A stretch of DNA of 54,239 bases from an uncultured Bacteroidia bacterium (lineage in GTDB: Bacteria > Bacteroidota > Bacteroidia > Bacteroidales > F082). Position numbers and translations under genes: made by a program. Under the pieces are notes generated by a model. It saw only the letters and a list, made by a program, of their open reading frames with translations, was not told where the DNA came from and did no database searches. The DNA lies in assembly GCA_902789915.1 (NCBI GenBank), contig CADAPW010000001.1, positions 1 through 54,239 on the forward strand, written 5' to 3'. Shown in pieces: positions 8,541 through 17,359 of this stretch; position 1 is the stretch's first letter; each line of letters starts with the position of its first letter.

Positions 8541-10826
8541 ATGAACAAATACACACAAAGATTAGAGAACCTTCCTTTCGACTTGCTTCATATTGCACAG
8601 TCGTACGCCAACGACAACAAATCCCCGAAGATCGAGCCTGCACATTTGTTACGGGCTTTGCTCCATAAGAGCGCGGGAATGGTGAACTATATCGAGGATA
8701 CGCTCGACGAAGACTACTATTATCTCGTTGACTGGGCTGACATGCGGATGCAGCAATGCGAAAAGTCTCCTTATGCAATGAAAGGCATTGAGCTTTCACA
8801 TGATACAGAGAATGTCGTAAAAGAAGCAATTGCTATTAGCGAGAAATGTGGCCTTGACGAAATCAATGGTCCTTGTCTTCTCGCCTCATTGGTTACGCCA
8901 GGTATTGGTTTCAGCTATGAGCAACTGAAAACGCTTCCTTTGCAGGCCGAGAAGATTTTGAAGTCCTTGCAAGGTAACGGTTCGAACGCTCAAAAACAGA
9001 CCACCAGTATTAATAAAGGTATGACATCAACTGACAAAGATGATTCAGACTATTGCATTAATATGATGAATGAGTTGCCTGAGGTAAATGTTGTCGGCTT
9101 CGATGTTGAAATCCTTTCCATCATTGAAGTGCTAGCCCGGAAGGACAGAGCCAATGTGTTGATTGTCGGTGAAACCGGCGTAGGAAAAACCAGTCTCATC
9201 CTCGGTATCTTACAAAGGTTACGCGACAAGAAAGTCCCTGCTTCTCTTGAGAACCTACAGCCCTTCGAACTTGATTTGATCGCGTTGAGCCAAGGCGTGA
9301 GCTATAAAGGCGAAATTGAAGATCGTTTCAAAACCGTGACACAATCCTTGCAGAACCAAACACAGCCTATTTTGGTGATTGAAAACTTCCACCGCGTGGA
9401 AGACAAGCAGTCGGTACTGAACGGATTACTACCAGCTATCAAGAAACTGTTATCGAAAAACCAGTTGCAGGTGATTTGCACCACTACTACCGATGGCTAC
9501 ACCAAAGACATCGAGAAGGACAAAGAGTTCACAGCATACTTTGAAAAAATCACCGTTGAGGAACCCAACGAAACACAAGCCATTGACATCATTATGTCGC
9601 GCCGCGAGAGTTACGAGCAATACCACCATCTTACTATCAGTAAAGAAGTGCCGGCTGAGATTGTCCGTCTTGCCAAGCGTTATATGCCCGACCGTCGCCT
9701 TCCCGCCTCTGCCCTTGACCTACTCGACCGTTCCATGGCTTCAGTAAAGATTGCCAACGAAATGGCAACACTTGCCGATGAGCAAGCGCCCAAGCAGGAA
9801 CAACTACAAAAAGAAGCCGTACGTGACGTGGTATCCAAAATGACGGGCATCCCGATGGGCAACATACAATCAGAGGAGAGACAAAAACTTTCCAATGCCG
9901 AAGAAATCCTTCATAACCGCGTCGTTGGTCAAAACCACGCTATCAAGAGCATCCTTGATGCTATCTTTGAATCGCGCTCGGGACTGAACAAGAAAGGCCA
10001 ACCCATCGGCTCCTTCTTCTTCCTTGGACCAACAGGCACTGGTAAGACCGAACTGACCAAAGCTCTTGCAGAATTCCTTTTCAACGACGAAACCGCCATG
10101 CTGCGCTTCGATATGTCGGAATACAAGGAAGAACACTCCGTGGCTTTGCTTTATGGAGCGCCTCCTGGCTATGTGGGTTATGAGGAGGGCGGTCTTTTGG
10201 TGAACCAAATCCGACAGCGCCCCTATTCTGTGGTCTTGTTTGATGAAATAGAAAAAGCCCATCGTTCAGTGTTTGACCTCTTCCTCCAAATTCTTGACGA
10301 AGGCAAGTTGCATGACCGCCTTGGCCGTGTAGGCGATTTCTCCAACGCACTTATCATCTTCACTTCCAACATTGGCAGCAATTATATTTTCAAATCGTTT
10401 GGCGAAGGCAAAGTGCCTACACACGACCAACTACTTGAAGTAATGCAAGGTCAGTTTAGGCCTGAGTTTTTGGCTCGTCTGACCGAAATTGTTCCTTTCT
10501 CGCCCATCACGGAGGAGATGATTGACCGAATCTTCGATATCCACATCAAGAACTTGCTCAAGACCCTCAATGAACAAAACATCAAATTGGAGATTGACGA
10601 AACGGCCCGTAAATACGTCACCAAGGTAGGCTTCAACGCTCATTATGGTGCTCGTCCTATCCTCGGCATCATTCGCAAGGAGATACGCCGCCCGCTGTCG
10701 AAGCTTATCATTTCAGGCCAAATCAATCCAGGCGACATCGTCACCATGAAGTATGATGAAGAGAAGAAAGAAATTGTTTGGGAGATCGACAGTCCTGATG
10801 AAGAAACCAATAACGAAAACAAATAA
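8541..10826 (+). CDS. tssH: T6SS AAA+ ATPase ClpV (TssH)
   Basis: The ORF track starts at 8460, inside the previous gene. I prefer the ATG at 8541, where MNKYTQRLENLPFDLLHIAQSYANDNKSPKIEPAHLLRALL reads as a Clp N-domain. There are two Walker A sites (GETGVGKTS, GPTGTGKTE), a ClpB-like D2 (VVLFDEIEKAH, FRPEFLARL), and the gene lies directly upstream of tssB and tssC. Confidence 0.85.
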   Translation: MNKYTQRLENLPFDLLHIAQSYANDNKSPKIEPAHLLRALLHKSAGMVNYIEDTLDEDYYYLVDWADMRMQQCEKSPYAMKGIELSHDTENVVKEAIAISEKCGLDEINGPCLLASLVTPGIGFSYEQLKTLPLQAEKILKSLQGNGSNAQKQTTSINKGMTSTDKDDSDYCINMMNELPEVNVVGFDVEILSIIEVLARKDRANVLIVGETGVGKTSLILGILQRLRDKKVPASLENLQPFELDLIALSQGVSYKGEIEDRFKTVTQSLQNQTQPILVIENFHRVEDKQSVLNGLLPAIKKLLSKNQLQVICTTTTDGYTKDIEKDKEFTAYFEKITVEEPNETQAIDIIMSRRESYEQYHHLTISKEVPAEIVRLAKRYMPDRRLPASALDLLDRSMASVKIANEMATLADEQAPKQEQLQKEAVRDVVSKMTGIPMGNIQSEERQKLSNAEEILHNRVVGQNHAIKSILDAIFESRSGLNKKGQPIGSFFFLGPTGTGKTELTKALAEFLFNDETAMLRFDMSEYKEEHSVALLYGAPPGYVGYEEGGLLVNQIRQRPYSVVLFDEIEKAHRSVFDLFLQILDEGKLHDRLGRVGDFSNALIIFTSNIGSNYIFKSFGEGKVPTHDQLLEVMQGQFRPEFLARLTEIVPFSPITEEMIDRIFDIHIKNLLKTLNEQNIKLEIDETARKYVTKVGFNAHYGARPILGIIRKEIRRPLSKLIISGQINPGDIVTMKYDEEKKEIVWEIDSPDEETNNENK

Positions 10827-10848
10827 TTCATTAAAATAATATAAACCT

Positions 10849-11307
10849 ATGGCAAGAAAAACTGTAATCACAAAAGTTTTGGACGTTGATGCACAAGACG
10901 GCATCATCGAATTTCCTCAGAACCGGACGCTCTATGCCGACCAGTTCACTGACGAAGCCCCCAACAGCGATGCTGATCGTGAAGGCTTCAAGGCAAAGAA
11001 CATGAAAGACGTGTTCGAGCACTATCAACCCAGCAAGAAAGGCGTCGCCCTCACGACAGAGGAAGGCGGTGCCGCGTTTGAGGATTTTGATTTCAAGTCG
11101 ATCAAAGATTTCGAAGACGACCAACTAATTACACAAAGCGAACTGCTTAGTGCTGAAAAAGGCAAAATCGATGCCTACAATTCCGTCATTCGTCAATTGG
11201 AGAAAAACAAAACCCTGCGTAACACTCTTAAAGATGAAGCTGCACGTGGTGACTTGAAGAATGCCCTTGAAGCTTTGCTCGCTGAGTTGAACGACGCTGA
11301 AAAGTAA
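10849..11307 (+). CDS. tssB: T6SS contractile sheath small subunit TssB
   Basis: 152 aa. The VipA-like core reads NMKDVFEHYQPSKKGVALTTEEGG...FDFKSIKDFEDDQLITQSELL. It lies immediately upstream of tssC. Confidence 0.8.
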   Translation: MARKTVITKVLDVDAQDGIIEFPQNRTLYADQFTDEAPNSDADREGFKAKNMKDVFEHYQPSKKGVALTTEEGGAAFEDFDFKSIKDFEDDQLITQSELLSAEKGKIDAYNSVIRQLEKNKTLRNTLKDEAARGDLKNALEALLAELNDAEK

Positions 11308-11327
11308 TTCATAAAACAACAACCATC

Positions 11328-12713
11328 ATGGCTACAGAAGAAAAAAAGAAAGAAGTGCAGGCCGGTGGCACGGAGCTTCAAGAAAGAAGAAAAATAGAAA
11401 ACCCCGGTGAACTCTTGCAGAAGAGTCTAAACGAAGGATTAGCCAAATATGGCGGCTTCCAAATGCTGAAAGGTCTTATCAAGGGTGTTGAGAACATGGA
11501 TCCACGCCGCAAGGCAGTGAAAAACATCTTCTTGTCGGATGCGGCCTACACAGATGCGCGTCAGAAGCTGAAGAACGAATTGGCACTGTGGGTGAAAATC
11601 CTTGAAGAAGGCGGAAACGACCCGATGGAAATCATCGAGGATTGCAAGGCCAACTGCGCCAAGGCCGAACAAAATTTGGAGACCAACCTGTTCAGCATCC
11701 ATGACGAAGTACATCAGCTTGAGGTGACTTACCGTACACTTGATGCCTTTTTCGCCAATGCCGGACAAGGCAAGATCGACTGCCTCACGCTGATGAATGT
11801 CAACAAGGAAGAGTTAGGCTCACATGACTCGGATGACACCAAGGCAATCCGTGAGGAGCTTGAGAATTACTACGATCGACTGAACTTAAAGAACAACTAC
11901 AGCCTGTTAGTCGTCCCAGGTTATCTTGGTGACGCTACCACCATCAGGATGTGGGCCGATACGGCATACCGCAACAAGGTCATTATGGTGACAGACTTCA
12001 AAGACAGCCTGAATTTCGAGATGCTGAAAGATGAATTGGAAGATGCCAGCCTACAAGGGCAAGATGCCCATTTGGCCAACGTCATCATGACCTGCAACTA
12101 TATCTTAGGCCGTAAGAAGTCCGAACTAGCTAATGAGGATGACGATGTGTATATCCCTGGTTCAGGTGCTCTTGCCGGCCGTATGACCAACACCGAGGAA
12201 ATCGTTATCGCCCAAGGTGCAGCCGGTAAGAAATATGGCACCATGAGCAATGTGAAAGGAGCTCGCCTTGATCTTCGCAAGGCAGAAATTGCGGCTCTTA
12301 TCGACCAGGGTGTTATCCCTATGGTGGAAGAAGACGGACGCACCATGGCTTTCTCCAACCGCTCGCTATACAATGGCGCGACCATCGGCCTACAGGAATA
12401 TCCCATCGTCCGAGTATTCGACTGGATTGGTAAAGTGTTCCAAAACTTCTTCAATGATGAGGCTTTCATCAACTGGAACTCAAATGTGAAAGCTGAGCTA
12501 CAACAGGCCATCCACGACTTCCTAAGCGACTACAAAGGTCCCGGCAAGCTCATCGAAAACTACAACTTAAAGAAACTCGACCAAGATTCGAAGACCAAGG
12601 ACATCAAGATCGAGGTGGAGTTGAAGCCTTTCTTCGCCGCCAAGAACTTCTTCATCGAACTGACGGGGCACAACGGCACCGCTGGCGTTGACTGGGAACA
12701 AGATGTAAAATAA
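11328..12713 (+). CDS. tssC: T6SS contractile sheath large subunit TssC
   Basis: 461 aa. The size, its position between tssB and hcp, and a VipB-like central region (LLVVPGYLGDATTIRMWADTAYRNKVIMVTD..., ...PMVEEDGRTMAFSNRSLY...) support the call. Confidence 0.8.
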   Translation: MATEEKKKEVQAGGTELQERRKIENPGELLQKSLNEGLAKYGGFQMLKGLIKGVENMDPRRKAVKNIFLSDAAYTDARQKLKNELALWVKILEEGGNDPMEIIEDCKANCAKAEQNLETNLFSIHDEVHQLEVTYRTLDAFFANAGQGKIDCLTLMNVNKEELGSHDSDDTKAIREELENYYDRLNLKNNYSLLVVPGYLGDATTIRMWADTAYRNKVIMVTDFKDSLNFEMLKDELEDASLQGQDAHLANVIMTCNYILGRKKSELANEDDDVYIPGSGALAGRMTNTEEIVIAQGAAGKKYGTMSNVKGARLDLRKAEIAALIDQGVIPMVEEDGRTMAFSNRSLYNGATIGLQEYPIVRVFDWIGKVFQNFFNDEAFINWNSNVKAELQQAIHDFLSDYKGPGKLIENYNLKKLDQDSKTKDIKIEVELKPFFAAKNFFIELTGHNGTAGVDWEQDVK

Positions 12714-12753
12714 CACCTAACTCACTTAATATTAACAAATTAAATTAATCATT

Positions 12754-13158
12754 ATGGCTACAAGAACAGCTACAATCAATGCCGATGGCATTAAAGAACG
12801 CGAAGTCCTGTACGTAAGGTACGAACTCAACCAACAGACCGATGTCGAAGGTCAACCCACTGGCACCACCCGTGGCGGCAAGATTTACGTCAAAGTGAAA
12901 TCGACCGACGATGGCAACACGGATCTCATGGAATGGATGTGCGACACCTACATGAGCAAAGGTGGCACCATTTCCTTCCCGAACCGTCAAGGCGGTGAAA
13001 TGAAAAACCTCCAGTTTAAAGAGGGTTATGTGGTAGAGTATGCCGAAACTTACGACTCCACTAATTCACTGCTCCAGTTTGAGGAATTCACCATTTCCGC
13101 CAAAGAAATCCAAGTGGGCAATGCTCATCACAACAACCGTTGGACCATCGACAACTAA
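12754..13158 (+). CDS. tssD: T6SS tube protein Hcp (TssD), Bacteroidota type
   Basis: 134 aa with the pattern typical of Bacteroidales TssD: ...YELNQQTDVEGQPTGTTRGGKIYVKVKSTDDGNTDLMEWM...FTISAKEIQVGNAHHNNRW. Confidence 0.8.
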   Translation: MATRTATINADGIKEREVLYVRYELNQQTDVEGQPTGTTRGGKIYVKVKSTDDGNTDLMEWMCDTYMSKGGTISFPNRQGGEMKNLQFKEGYVVEYAETYDSTNSLLQFEEFTISAKEIQVGNAHHNNRWTIDN

Positions 13159-13170
13159 ATCTTCCAAAAA

Positions 13171-13217
13171 GCATGTACGGGAGAAGGTTCAGCCTTCTCC
13201 CATCATGCTTTGCCTTT
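13171..13217 (+). terminator. Hairpin plus T-rich tract after the first hcp (candidate partial terminator or attenuator)
   Basis: The structure is gcatg-tac-gggagaagg-ttcag-ccttctccc-at-catgc. It has a perfect 9-bp GC-rich inner stem at 13179-13187 / 13193-13201 and a 5-bp outer stem. It is followed by tttgccttt. Confidence 0.4.
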
Positions 13218-13231
13218 AAAATCACAACATC

Positions 13232-13675
13232 ATGGCTCTTCAAGGCAACCTTACCATAGGTGAAAAAACATACGGCGTGGTGGAATGCGTTTACGAATTT
13301 CACCAATCCATAGACGAGACGGGCAAACCCGTTTCCCGTCCCCAAGGCGGCACCATTACCTTTGTGATGCCCTCCACCAGCGATGAGGATTTGTTCTTCT
13401 ACAAATGGATGTTCAACAAAACAGAGGTACAATCTGGCTATTTCAAATTCATCGTTTATTCTAACGATAATAAGCAAAGCTTCAAGACCGTCACATTCAA
13501 AAACGCCTATTGCATAGGACTCAAAGACTATTTCAACGACAACGATAGCAAACTGATGTACACCACCATCACCATCAGTGCACAAGTTATCAATATTGGA
13601 AGGGAAAGAGGCGTTGTCAGCCGAGGCAGCAACAACAGCTTCGACAATGCCGTATTCACCAACGAATGGACCTGA
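13232..13675 (+). CDS. tssD: Second, divergent Hcp (TssD) paralogue with a C-terminal extension
   Basis: 147 aa with the same architecture as the first copy (...ECVYEFHQSIDETGKPVSRPQGGTITFVMPSTSDEDLFFYKWM...TITISAQVINIG). It carries an extra ~20-aa tail, RERGVVSRGSNNSFDNAVFTNEWT. Confidence 0.7.
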   Translation: MALQGNLTIGEKTYGVVECVYEFHQSIDETGKPVSRPQGGTITFVMPSTSDEDLFFYKWMFNKTEVQSGYFKFIVYSNDNKQSFKTVTFKNAYCIGLKDYFNDNDSKLMYTTITISAQVINIGRERGVVSRGSNNSFDNAVFTNEWT

Positions 13676-13678
13676 CAC

Positions 13679-15727
13679 ATGTCTATATCAGTAAAAAACA
13701 TAGCCGTAACCATCGACGGCACCGCTTCGTCAGGATTTGACATCACACTTGACGGCACCATGTGGCGGCTCGACAATTTCCTGCTGTCACAAAGTCTCTT
13801 GACATACAACACCTTGAGTTTTAATATGCACAAGGGGCCAGAAGAAGATGTGGAAGAGACCAGGCTATCGCTATGTAGCCAACTTATCGGAAAGGAAATC
13901 ACCCTCACCCTCGACACTGAAAACATCGAGAACCTCTCGCTTAACGCGAGCCACGAGAAAACCTCAGAAATCAGTTTCCGTGGACTTATATTTGCAGCTT
14001 CAGGCAACAGGCGAGGTGGCACTTATTCCGTTGACGTTATGGCAAAAAGCTGGGAAGCCCTGCTTGACGATGCCCCAAATTGCAAGTCGTTCGAGGAAAT
14101 GACACTAAACGACATTGTCAATGACGTCATCGATGATTACGGGCAAAACATCAATGCCGCCGTCAACGCCCGTTTCACGGACGCCATTCCCTATTGTGTT
14201 CAATACAACGAGACCAATTACAAATTCCTGCAAAGATTGGCCAGAAGATACGGGGAATGGCTCTACAACGACGGCGGACAAATGGTGTTTGGCAATCTCA
14301 TCAGCCAGGATACCGTTAGTCTCGACTACCCCAGCAAGGACATCCCATCCTATAATGTGGAACTGAAGATGCAACCCGTGGCCTTCCGTCACATCGCATC
14401 CTCATACAACGCCTTCGACGCCACTGAGAAAGACGGTCTCGATGAAATGCAAAGGCAATATAACGACCTGAATGAGAGTGTGTTTGAAGCTTCACAAAAG
14501 TGCTTCACCAAACCTACGCTTCAAAACCTGCATTCAGGCGGTTTCGCCGACGAAGACGGTCGCGAAACCATCCTCAACGTCTCTACAAAGACCCAAGCCC
14601 GAGGCGAAAAGGCGGGTATGCTGACCTACTCTGGCAGCACCTACTGCTCTAAATTAAAAATTGGGACGACATTGGTGATTGTTGACAACTTCATCAGCGA
14701 CAGCATTACCAACGCAAAGAGCAATGTGGAGCAAGACGAAATACTCATCACCGAGTTGGTTCATTCCTTCTTTGCCGATGAGACCTATAACAACCGTTTC
14801 GTCGGTATTCCTGCCGCTTGCGACTTCCCGCCCTACGCCAACAGCGATGTGTATCCTGTGGCGCCATCGTGCCGCGCCCGAGTGACCGACAATGAAGACC
14901 CAATGGACTTGGGGCGTGTCCGTGTGCAGTTCGATTGGCAGGCCCAGTTGGACGAGGGCATGATGACCCCTTGGCTCCGCATCGCCCAACCCTACGCTGG
15001 TGGCGGCAAGGGATTCAGCTTCATCCCTGAAATCGGTGAAGAAGTGATGATAGACTTCGAGGGCGGCAATGCCGAGCGGCCTTATGTGAAAGGCACATTA
15101 TTTAACGGGATAGACGACCCCGACCCTGCTTGGTTGCCCAACGGCAACAACAGCAACCAGATAAAAGCCATCCGCACCCGCAACGGCCACACCATTGAGA
15201 TACACGACGAGGGCAACGATGGATACATCCGGATATACGACAACGAAAAGGAAAACTACATTTTGACCTTCTCCACCGACCGCAAGCTTATCATGCTTGA
15301 ATCGACGGGCAATATCGAGTTATATGCCAAGAACGATATCATCATGCACGCAGGGCACGATATCATAGCTGAAGCAGACAATGACATTTCAGAGACTGCC
15401 CACAACGACATGTTCCTCGCTGCTGACAACGACATGCAGCGTACGGCAGACAACGATATTCGTGAGCATGCAGGCAATGACCGAAACACTAACATCGACC
15501 GCAACGACTCGCTGACGGTGAGCGAGAACCAGTTCATCAAAGTAGACGACAACAAGGACGAGCAAATAGCTCACAAACTACAAATCACGGCAGAGAATAT
15601 CCGTGAGGAAGCGAAAAACCAACTACTTGAGTACTCGAAAACACATCATGCCAAAGCCGATAAGGAGATGGCACTCAATGCTGGAATGAAGATCGACATC
15701 AAGGCCGCCATGGTAAAAACCAATTAA
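13679..15727 (+). CDS. tssI: T6SS spike protein VgrG (TssI)
   Basis: 682 aa. The gp5 OB-fold signature reads DPMDLGRVRVQFDWQ...WLRIAQPYAGGGKGFSFIPEIGEEVMIDFEGGNAERPYV. A period-8 beta-helix repeat block runs from about nt 15326 to 15613 (AKNDIIMH AGHDIIAE ADNDISET AHNDMFLA ADNDMQRT ADNDIREH ...). Confidence 0.85.
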   Translation: MSISVKNIAVTIDGTASSGFDITLDGTMWRLDNFLLSQSLLTYNTLSFNMHKGPEEDVEETRLSLCSQLIGKEITLTLDTENIENLSLNASHEKTSEISFRGLIFAASGNRRGGTYSVDVMAKSWEALLDDAPNCKSFEEMTLNDIVNDVIDDYGQNINAAVNARFTDAIPYCVQYNETNYKFLQRLARRYGEWLYNDGGQMVFGNLISQDTVSLDYPSKDIPSYNVELKMQPVAFRHIASSYNAFDATEKDGLDEMQRQYNDLNESVFEASQKCFTKPTLQNLHSGGFADEDGRETILNVSTKTQARGEKAGMLTYSGSTYCSKLKIGTTLVIVDNFISDSITNAKSNVEQDEILITELVHSFFADETYNNRFVGIPAACDFPPYANSDVYPVAPSCRARVTDNEDPMDLGRVRVQFDWQAQLDEGMMTPWLRIAQPYAGGGKGFSFIPEIGEEVMIDFEGGNAERPYVKGTLFNGIDDPDPAWLPNGNNSNQIKAIRTRNGHTIEIHDEGNDGYIRIYDNEKENYILTFSTDRKLIMLESTGNIELYAKNDIIMHAGHDIIAEADNDISETAHNDMFLAADNDMQRTADNDIREHAGNDRNTNIDRNDSLTVSENQFIKVDDNKDEQIAHKLQITAENIREEAKNQLLEYSKTHHAKADKEMALNAGMKIDIKAAMVKTN

Positions 15728-15731
15728 TGCT

Positions 15732-17039
15732 ATGCCTGATTCTTATGTTTGTTCGGGAGCAATGATGCGCTGTACCATGGGTACTAATCCCGCCAAGCTG
15801 ACTGTGCTTCCCGTTAGGACGGTTCATCTTGCTGGGCAGCCGCAGGCCAACATCAGCGACCATATTTCAATGGCCAATCTGGCTCCTTTTGGGCTGTGCC
15901 GTTCATTGGCATTTCCCCCTACAGCGGCAGCCACGGCGGCCGCTTTGGGGACACTAACCCCAATGCCCTGCATTCACAATACTCCCGCGCCGTGGTTTGT
16001 GGGTAAAATGGACACCTTGATACAAGGGCAGCCGGCTCTGTTAAAGTCATGCAAATGCCAATGCATGTGGGGAGGGACGATTAGTTTGATTACAGATGGA
16101 CAAGTTGGTGAAGGGACGCAATGGGTGCAGAAGAAGCCTAAGCAAAAATTCAATGAATACCAATCATCCTTCAATACCTCAAAGGACGGAGCATTGTCTG
16201 ATAAATTTGATAAAGCGGTTCAAAATCATGAACAGGGAATGGGAGTTTTTGAGAGTATAAAGAAAGCAAATCACGATGTAAATTTCAAAAACTCTAAAAA
16301 CAAAGCGGGTTGGATGAGTGATGATGACGCAGATAAGAGGAATTCCAATAAAAAATATGGAAAGAATGAGCAATATGGAATAAACTGTGCAACGACAACC
16401 ACAGCATTCATGCTTCGTAAAAAAGGATATGATGTAACTGCAAGGGCAAGAAACGCCAATGCCCATACAGATTCCATAGCATTTGGATTAAACATCTATG
16501 ATGTCTGGAGGAATCCTGATGGTTCGGCAGTGACTCCTACCATGCTTTTAGATGAGTTTAATGCCAAAGTGGAGGGAAAAAAACTCACGAATGAATTAAG
16601 CACGCTTGAAAGTACTAAAGCAGAGTTGCTTCAAATCAAATACGTTTTGAACAACTATAGACTTAGCGAAACCCAAATTAATCAACTTCAAACCCGCTTT
16701 AATGCTCTCAAACCTACCTATTTTGAAACTCGCAAAAAGTTTGCTCCTATCTATAAAGAAGTTCTCATGGATGCTTGTCAAGAAGAAGGATATTATACCT
16801 TTGGCTTGATGTGGGAAGCTGTGAACGTTGGAGGTGGTCATTACACGGTTATCAAGAGTGAAAAAGATAAAGACGGCAATACGGTGTTAACTAATATTGA
16901 ACCACAAACAGGGGAACCGTTAGATTTTGACACCTTCATTAATTATTTAGATTATCCGCCTGATTCAGAGGACACCATCATGCGGACAGATGACAAAGTG
17001 TTCAATGAGGAGTATAACGATTTGTTTGATATTAATTGA
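15732..17039 (+). CDS. PAAR-like (DUF4280) spike-tip effector with a C-terminal papain-fold (glutamine-deamidase-like) toxin domain
   Basis: The N-terminus MPDSYVCSGAMMRCTMGTNPAKLTVLP...LAPFGLCRS...PCIHNTPAPWFVG...CKCQCMWGGTISLITDGQ matches the DUF4280/PAAR-like pattern. The C-terminus has a Cys...His...Gln arrangement (YGINCATTTTAFMLRKKGYDV ... GGGHYTVIKSE...NIEPQTGE) resembling papain-fold toxin 1. Confidence 0.65.
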   Translation: MPDSYVCSGAMMRCTMGTNPAKLTVLPVRTVHLAGQPQANISDHISMANLAPFGLCRSLAFPPTAAATAAALGTLTPMPCIHNTPAPWFVGKMDTLIQGQPALLKSCKCQCMWGGTISLITDGQVGEGTQWVQKKPKQKFNEYQSSFNTSKDGALSDKFDKAVQNHEQGMGVFESIKKANHDVNFKNSKNKAGWMSDDDADKRNSNKKYGKNEQYGINCATTTTAFMLRKKGYDVTARARNANAHTDSIAFGLNIYDVWRNPDGSAVTPTMLLDEFNAKVEGKKLTNELSTLESTKAELLQIKYVLNNYRLSETQINQLQTRFNALKPTYFETRKKFAPIYKEVLMDACQEEGYYTFGLMWEAVNVGGGHYTVIKSEKDKDGNTVLTNIEPQTGEPLDFDTFINYLDYPPDSEDTIMRTDDKVFNEEYNDLFDIN

Positions 17040-17041
17040 CA

Positions 17042-17266
17042 ATGGAAGTACCACAAGCTGTAAAAGAAAAGGCCAAAGAGCTTATTGATACATTTGGCGA
17101 ACATTTTGAGAAACTTGGCATTTACCAAGACAAACAAGTTTATAAGTTCGTGTTTCCACAAGGTTTCCGGACAGGATTCCCGTATGTTTATCTGTATGAT
17201 GAGCAGACAAATATAGCAGAAAAGATAACGGGCATTAAAGCCTTGGAGATATTAGCTTCGCTATAG
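17042..17266 (+). CDS. Putative cognate immunity protein
   Basis: 74-aa ORF. The track starts at a TTG at 17036; the first ATG is at 17042. It begins 3 nt after the toxin stop. It has no signal peptide, which fits neutralisation of a cytoplasm-acting toxin. The call rests on position only. Confidence 0.4.
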   Translation: MEVPQAVKEKAKELIDTFGEHFEKLGIYQDKQVYKFVFPQGFRTGFPYVYLYDEQTNIAEKITGIKALEILASL

Positions 17267-17359
17267 TTAGTGGTTTTAAACCATTATTATCAATATGTAA
17301 GCATTTTTGTTTTATTGATGCAAACAATGGAATTTGTAAAAACAACATTTTTATAGAAG

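Noticed and set aside
13088-14022. Minus-strand ORFs of 196 and 164 aa across hcp2 and the start of vgrG
   Set aside because: They are antisense to well-supported T6SS genes in a tightly packed plus-strand operon, with no independent support.
17267-17359. Promoter or small RNA in the AT-rich spacer upstream of the Tle1-like gene (also the spacers at 20074-20118 and 23237-23278)
   Set aside because: I could not find a TAnnTTTG motif with a suitably spaced TTTG, nor a convincing structured RNA or tRNA-like sequence. I leave these spacers unannotated rather than guess.
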